DNA from: Candidatus Latescibacterota bacterium
GTDB taxonomy: Bacteria; Latescibacterota; UBA2968; UBA8231
Direction: 5' to 3'
Assembly (NCBI GenBank): GCA_965205655.1
Contig: CBDBIJ010000128.1
Location: 1 to 43,577, forward strand
DNA: 43,577 nucleotides
The position numbers and the translations under genes were made by a program. This document shows positions 37,751 through 43,577 of the stretch, one piece after another; within the stretch, counting starts at the first letter, position 1; each line of letters opens with the position of its first letter. The notes under the pieces were generated by a model that saw only the letters and a list, made by a program, of their open reading frames with translations, was not told where the DNA came from and made no database searches.

Positions 37751-38227
37751 CTATTGTCGGGGCTTCCACTCCTCGTGGTATTCCCAGTTGGCGATCCGCT
37801 CGAGGACCTCGAACTCCTTCGTTTTGTCCTGGAGTGCGGCCTTTATCACATCGCCGATTGAGAGCAGGCCGATGAACTCATCGTTCTTGTCGATGAGCAG
37901 GTGTCGCAGGCGCAGGCCGAGAAACTTGTCCATCAGGTCGTAGGCTGTATCGGTGTGTGGGGCGAATTTGAGGCCCTTTGACATGTGCTCGGTCATGCGA
38001 GCGGTCTTCGGGGCGAAGCTCGGGTCGATGCTGTTGCGCATCAGGTCCCGTTCCGTGTAGATCCCCACAATCCTGTTGCCCTCTTTGATGAGCGTTGAGC
38101 CCACCTTGTTCTCCACCATCATGGTCAGCGCCTCGTGAACGGTGGCGTCCGCGGTCACGCTGTAGAGCTCGCCACCCTTCTGACCGAGTATCTGCTCGGC
38201 CGTCATCAAGTCGGTTGCGGTTGCCAT
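37751..38227 (-). CDS. CBS-domain protein
   Basis: TVHEAL..MVENKVGS, VGIYTERD, LRHL, GLLSIGDVIK; AAGGAG RBS before ATG 38227. Confidence 0.9.
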   Translation of the reverse strand: MATATDLMTAEQILGQKGGELYSVTADATVHEALTMMVENKVGSTLIKEGNRIVGIYTERDLMRNSIDPSFAPKTARMTEHMSKGLKFAPHTDTAYDLMDKFLGLRLRHLLIDKNDEFIGLLSIGDVIKAALQDKTKEFEVLERIANWEYHEEWKPRQ

Positions 38228-38305
38228 TTGAGGAGACTCCTTTCGACAGGGAGTTTTCACCCTAACATTACGCAAAACGGGAACCGATGCAACCGATTGA
38301 AGGGC

Positions 38306-41300
38306 CTATACTTCGGCCGGTCGGCGGCAAAGGATGAGGTCGTTGTGGCTGAGGCGGACATCGAAGCAGATGCGGAAGATATCCACGTAGTCGCTGTGGG
38401 CCGCGCTCTCATCGTTGATGCTCTCCACGGTCAGCTGGCGCGCCGCGTGAGAGGGGCGCGCCATCAGGTGTCGCAGCTGCCCGACATAGCGCTCGAGCTC
38501 GGGATCCGTCGCCGCTGCGAAAATGGACAGGGACCTGCCATTGCGCCTGGACACCAGCACCAGCTGCGAGCCGTGGTAGACCAGGTGGTTGCTGGCGATC
38601 CGCGTGGGGAGATCTGCGCCGAGGCCGGGGATCTGAAGGCCGCAGGCGAGATCGGATCGGCGGCGCTGAGCCAGAAGACCTCGCTGGGCGGCTGGCGCTG
38701 CAGCAGGCGGAAGGCCCGTTGAGAGATGAACTGGGGACCCGGGATCTCGTCGAAAAAGCACCCCGCCAGCACCTCGCCGGACAGCTCCATGAGGCGCAGT
38801 GAGCGGAACACCGAGGGCCAGCGAAAAGCCGGTGCTTCTCGCTGCAGCAGCTCACGGAATAGCAGTCCATAGCGTTCCAGCAGGAGACGCGCCCGATCCT
38901 TGCCTCGCTCTTCCACCTCGATGAGGTCGTCGCTCGGCTCCAATTGGGGAAGTAGGTGCCAGTTGCCGGCATAGGGAATCGACCCGCGCCAGCGAGAAAA
39001 GCTCGAGCGCCGCGGACGCGGACCCCCGGTTCGCCGTCCCGGCGCCGGCTGCTCCACCGACTGTTCCCGTGGGATCTCAAAACGGTTTTCAATCCCTTTG
39101 GAAAGCGCCGAGAAGGTGTCGTTGGTAACCAGGCCCTGCCACGCGGCGCTCCACAGCCGCTTCGACAGCGCGGTCGCCGACAGATCGGATGAGCGATGGA
39201 GGGTGGCGAAATCGTATCGCGCCCGTGGGTCGGGAAAGAAATCCGCGATCTCCATACCGGCCGCGGCTGATGTCGCTGCGTCATCGCTGTCGGTTACCGG
39301 CGCGCTCTGTTCATCCAGAAGGTCGAGATCAGGAGCGAAGCAGAACGCCACCCTATTCTCGCCTCGGCCGATCCATCTCAGGGGGCTTTCTCCCATGAGG
39401 GCGTCTAGCTGCGGCGGCGAAAACCGCTCGAGTCGGGCCGGGATGACGTCGGACTCCCATATTGCTGCCGGCGCCTCATAGCACAACAGTTGCTCCATCG
39501 ATCTTGCCAGCCGCTCATCCGACTGTGTCGAGTCGATCAGTCCCTGCCATCTCGCCAGAAACAGAGGGAGCTCCGCAATCGGCAGAGGTTCGAAAAAGGG
39601 GACCGCGGCCGCTCTGGCTATGCGCAGGAGCGTCTCCATATTCTGGCAGTCGCAGATGAGATCCTCTTCCGAGTCGGCGACCAGCCGTCCCCTCACCACC
39701 TGATCTGTCTCCACCAGGTCGTCGAGAGCCCGTTCGAGTGCCTCGACCGTCAGCCCCGAGTTCGCACGCAGTCGCTCCAAGCTCGTGGGGCCATAGAAGC
39801 GCAAGCACTCCGCCAGGACGTCTGTCTGCGTTTCCTCACCCCCTCCTTCGTCCTCTTGAGATGCCTCCGGCGAAGCGGGCTCTACCTCCATGCCGCTGCC
39901 AAGAGACCGCAACGACAGGCTCGACCAGTCAAGGTCCAAAGCGCGGCTGATGCGTGGCACCGACTCCAGAGCCGCCACGAGCGGATTCTCGAGTCGGCCC
40001 CCCGACATCCGCACAAGCCGATCGCCGGCCGCGGCGACCAGCACCCCAGGCTCATCCTCCGCGTCGCGGCGCACGGCCTCGAGCAGGAGGTTCCATTCAG
40101 GTTCGGGGATGAGCTGCCGCTCTACCACCCAGTCCACGAGATCGCGAGTAGTCGACGGCGCGTATCCGGGACTCAACCGCTGCCGCTTCTCCTCGAACCG
40201 GCGCACGAGCTCGGGTTCGACGGCCGGTCGCAGCCCGGGTGTGAGCACCACCTCCCGCAAAAGCTCGCCGCGGAGGTTCGAGCGGCCCTGCCCCTGGGGT
40301 TTGTCGTCCATGTACATGTACTTGTCGATCTGTCTCCACGAGATCCCGCGAGCAAAAGGACTCGGCTGCTGGGTCGTGACCTGGGTCCAGCGAATCGATC
40401 CGGATTCCATCTCCGCGAGCAGCTGGCGCGTCGCCGTGACGTCGAACTCGTCTCTCAGGCAAGTGCGCCATGCCTCCAGGAGCACGGGGAAATCCTCGTA
40501 GCGCGACACCGCGTCGAGCAACTTCTGCGACCGCAGCCGGCTCATCCAAAGTGGCATGCGTTCGTTGAAGCGATTCCGGGGCAGCAGCAGCGCTCGCTGG
40601 GCACACTCGCGGAAGCGGGCGCCGAAAAAACCCGAACTCTCCAGGCGCTGGCGCAGCAATGACTCGAAGCTGGCGCTCGTCACGAAGGCGAGCAGTTCGT
40701 CTCCATCCACCTCGTGAGGCAGAAGCACGGCGATGCTGTCGTTGGAGGGATAGATCTCGAGGCGCTGCCCGAAGCGTTCGTCCCAGGCGGCGTCCAGCGC
40801 CAGGGCGTACGGACGATTCACGCAGCCGCCCCAAAACGTGTGCACGATGACCTGATTGCCGGGGTAGCCGTCGGGACCGGAACTCGTGCGCTCTACTACG
40901 ACATGGTGGCGGTGGGGCAGGTCGCACCGACAGACCTCTTTCTGCTGGCGCAGAAACGACAGCAGCTGGTCGGCGGAGGTGGCGTCCATGGCGCGGTCCC
41001 GCTGCAGGCTGGTGGCGAATTGGGGGTCTTCCAGCCGCTGGTTGGCCTCCTCCAGAAACTGGCCGATGCGCTCGGAGAAATGAAAATCGCGATTGCCGCC
41101 ATCTGCCTTCCAGCACGGCAGATCGACGGGCCTGGGCGGAGCTGGCCTTACGAAGACGTCGTTGTGGGTAATGCGCTGGATGGTCCAGTTCTGTGTCCCC
41201 AGCGTGAAGGTCTGTCCCTCCGAGCGCTCCCAGACGAACTCCTCGTCGAGCTCTCCGATGCGCGCATTCGTATCTTCCCGTCTGAGATGAAAATAGCCGC

Positions 41301-42831
41301 GGTCGGGGATGGTGCCGCCGGATAGGTACAGCTCCTGAAGGGCGCCCTTGCGGGCGGCGACGGAGTTATCGAGACCGTCGAGGGAGATCTTGGGCCTGAG
41401 CTCGCGAATCCGGCTGTGGGCGTAGCGGCCGGCGAGCATGTTGAGAACGAGCTCGAGTTGCTCTCGGCCGAGGTCCCGGTAGGGATAGGACGTCCGCAGT
41501 TGTCGAAACAGATCGTCCCGGTCCCAGGTTTCCACTCCTACCATCGAGACGATAACTTGCGCCAGCACGTCCAGCGGACCGTCCACCGGACGCACCTGCT
41601 CGATGTCCTGCTCCAGGATGCCGCGGGACAACACCGCCGACTCGACGAAGTCGTGAGGGTGAGTCGGAAAGAGGACGCCGCGGCTGACCTCGCCCACCTG
41701 GTGTCCCGCACGACCGAGTCGCTGGATCGCCGAAGACACCGATCGCGGCGATTGCACGAGGATGACGGCATCCAGCGCGCCCACGTCGATGCCGAGCTCG
41801 AGGGAATTCGTCGCCACGATCGCCTTGAGAGCCCCCTCCTTGAGCTTGCGTTCCACCTCTTCCCGGAGCTCGCGCGACAGCGACCCGTGATGGGCGTAAG
41901 CCACAGGCCGGTCGTAAGCGCTGTTGATGAGGAGGGTCAGCTTTTCGCACAACCTGCGATTGTTCGTGAACACGAGCGTGGAGGTATGCCGGTCGATTAT
42001 GTCGCGGAATTCTTCCACGAGCGGGTCCCACACCGAGTCCCCATCCGCGGCGGAATGGGCGGCCGCCTCCGGGAAGCTCACCCTGACGTCGTAGCGCTTG
42101 GCCGCTTTGGAGCGCAGGACGGACACCGGTCGAAGGACGTACTGTGGCTCGCCGCCGCCATCGGCCTCCATGCGAAACCCGCCGACGAACTCGGCCACCG
42201 TTTCGAGCGGCCGCACTGTGACCGACAGGGCGATGCGTTGAAACTCGCCGCACATCGGCACCAGGCGGTCCACTGCCGTGATGAGATGAGTCCCCCTCTT
42301 GCTGCCCACTACGGCGTGTATCTCGTCGAGGATGACCGTGCGTATCCCGGTCAGCAGGGAACGCCCTCCGCCCGAACTGTGCAGCAGGTTCAGGCTTTCT
42401 GGTGTTGTGATGAGAATTTCCGGAGGCCGCGTCAGCATGCGGCGGCGCTCCGATTGTGGAGTGTCGCCTGAGCGGGTCAGCGCCCTTATATGCGGAAACT
42501 CCTCGCCGGCGGTCTCGAAGACGTGGCGCAGCTCGGCGAGGGGTGTGGTGAGATTGCGCTGGATGTCGTTGTTGAGGGCCCGGAGCGGCGACACGTAAAG
42601 CACGCTCGCCTGTCCTGTCGGCCAGGCGCCGGTGACGAGCCGGTCGATGGCCCACAGAAAAGCGGTCAGCGTCTTGCCGCTTCCGGTTGGCGCAGTGACC
42701 AACACGTGCTCGCCCGCGGCGATGAGCGGCCAGGCCTGCGCCTGCACGTCCGTGGGAGTGCCGAGGCGGTCCTTGAACCACCTGGCGATGAGGGGGTGGA
42801 AGAGGTCCAGGCTAGGGTCGCCTACGCCCAT
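38306..42831 (-). CDS. lhr: Lhr-family DEAH-type helicase (long form), apparent frameshift near 38646
   Basis: PTDVQ, APTGSGKT, SPLRAL, TTPESL, DEIH, HHGSLS, ATNSLELGIDVG, QRLGRAGH, GGTIPDRG; the tail CGLQIPG...NHLVYHG continues in another frame to the stop at 38306. Confidence 0.85.
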
Positions 42832-42839
42832 GGAGCGAC

Positions 42840-43577
42840 CTACTGCGCGAGAGCTTCTGTGAAGATGCGGTCGAAATCGGTGCTGCTGACGCGCAGGTCG
42901 ATGTTCTGACAGTCAATGGCCAGTGGCGAGGTCGTGCGATCTGTAAACGACCAGGCTATGGGGAAATCGAAATGCCAGAGCCTAAGCGATCGATAGTAGT
43001 CGGCCAACAGTTCATCTGTCCGGCTGTTTCGCGAGCCGCTCGGGTAGGCGAAGTGGACGGGCACCTGCCCCAGCCGGTCGCGAAAAATCTCATTCGCCGT
43101 TTCGGCCTCCAACACCACGGCGGCATCGCCATCGGAAGCGTGAACCTCGGCCACCTTGCAATGGGTCGCCGTGTGGGCGCCGATCTCCCAGGCGCCATCC
43201 AACAGCTCCTGCACCTGCTCCCAGGTCATGAAGGGCTTTGCCACGACGCCCTCGGTCAGGGTTCGCACTGAGGCCGTGCGCCCGGATGAGGCGGCCTCGA
43301 CTCCGTCTGTTATGGGAAAACAGGTTGCCGTGTACCCCTGCTCCCGAACGACTGGTAAGGCCGTCGTCGCCGTATCGAGCCAGCCGTTGTCGAAATGCAG
43401 GCCGAACACCTTGTTAGAGAGTTCCACATCACCCTCCATCCAGTCGACGATCTGCGTCGTCGACACCGCGTTCCAGCCGGCTTCCGCGACGTGCTCCATC
43501 TGCCGCCGGAAAGCCGCGACGTCGATGATTCCGGCGCCGGTCTCGGCGTCCGCCTGTTGCAGCTCCGGGTCGTCCTC
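42840..43577 (-). CDS. Polysaccharide deacetylase (NodB/CE4) family protein, partial
   Basis: Frame open to the window edge; F..QM..., HFDNG, MTWEQV.EL...WEIGAHTATH, HFAYPSG. Confidence 0.85.
   Translation of the reverse strand, partial: EDDPELQQADAETGAGIIDVAAFRRQMEHVAEAGWNAVSTTQIVDWMEGDVELSNKVFGLHFDNGWLDTATTALPVVREQGYTATCFPITDGVEAASSGRTASVRTLTEGVVAKPFMTWEQVQELLDGAWEIGAHTATHCKVAEVHASDGDAAVVLEAETANEIFRDRLGQVPVHFAYPSGSRNSRTDELLADYYRSLRLWHFDFPIAWSFTDRTTSPLAIDCQNIDLRVSSTDFDRIFTEALAQ

Noticed and set aside
1..43577. Many long antisense/alternate-frame ORFs (e.g. 177-1364, 7001-8071, 12566-13591, 39490-40662, 41366-42781)
   Set aside because: Shadow ORFs expected in high-GC coding DNA; they overlap well-supported genes and show no motifs.
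1..43577. CRISPR arrays, tRNA/rRNA genes, prophage or defence islands
   Set aside because: No regularly spaced repeats, cloverleafs, rRNA-like tracts or phage/defence genes were recognised by eye.

Overview
GC-rich bacterial chromosomal segment. The gene content loosely suggests an uncultured Latescibacterota/FCB-related lineage (inference only). Most genes are housekeeping or metabolic: SDR (partial), xylA, a secreted DNRLRE-like protein, a NarX/NarL-type two-component pair, an orphan fliG, nadA, pyk, dapL, glnS, gltX, a DEAD-box helicase, parE/parC, an M3 oligoendopeptidase, an SprA-related protein, a DUF5069-like protein, a sigma-70 factor, arfB, a stand-alone rpsR, a TPP-dependent dehydrogenase E1a/E1b/E2 + SDR operon, a CBS protein, an Lhr helicase and a polysaccharide deacetylase (partial). 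There are three IS elements. Two different IS630s are stacked at one CTAG inside a lipoprotein gene, and an IS30 is flanked by two 5'-truncated divergent genes. The top candidate for novelty lies directly downstream of an NtrC-family activator: a full sigma-54 promoter architecture (palindromic enhancer, IHF sites, -24/-12 box) followed by a ~335-nt, extensively base-paired segment with no credible protein and an intrinsic terminator, i.e. a candidate unannotated ncRNA. Other highlights are a split AhpD-like gene that reads as a CxxU selenoprotein with a SECIS-like hairpin, a GlnRS with a remodelled amino-acid pocket, an E2 lacking its catalytic His, and an S18 gene that appears to start at AUC. 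All calls come from manual motif reading; no database searches or folding programs were run.
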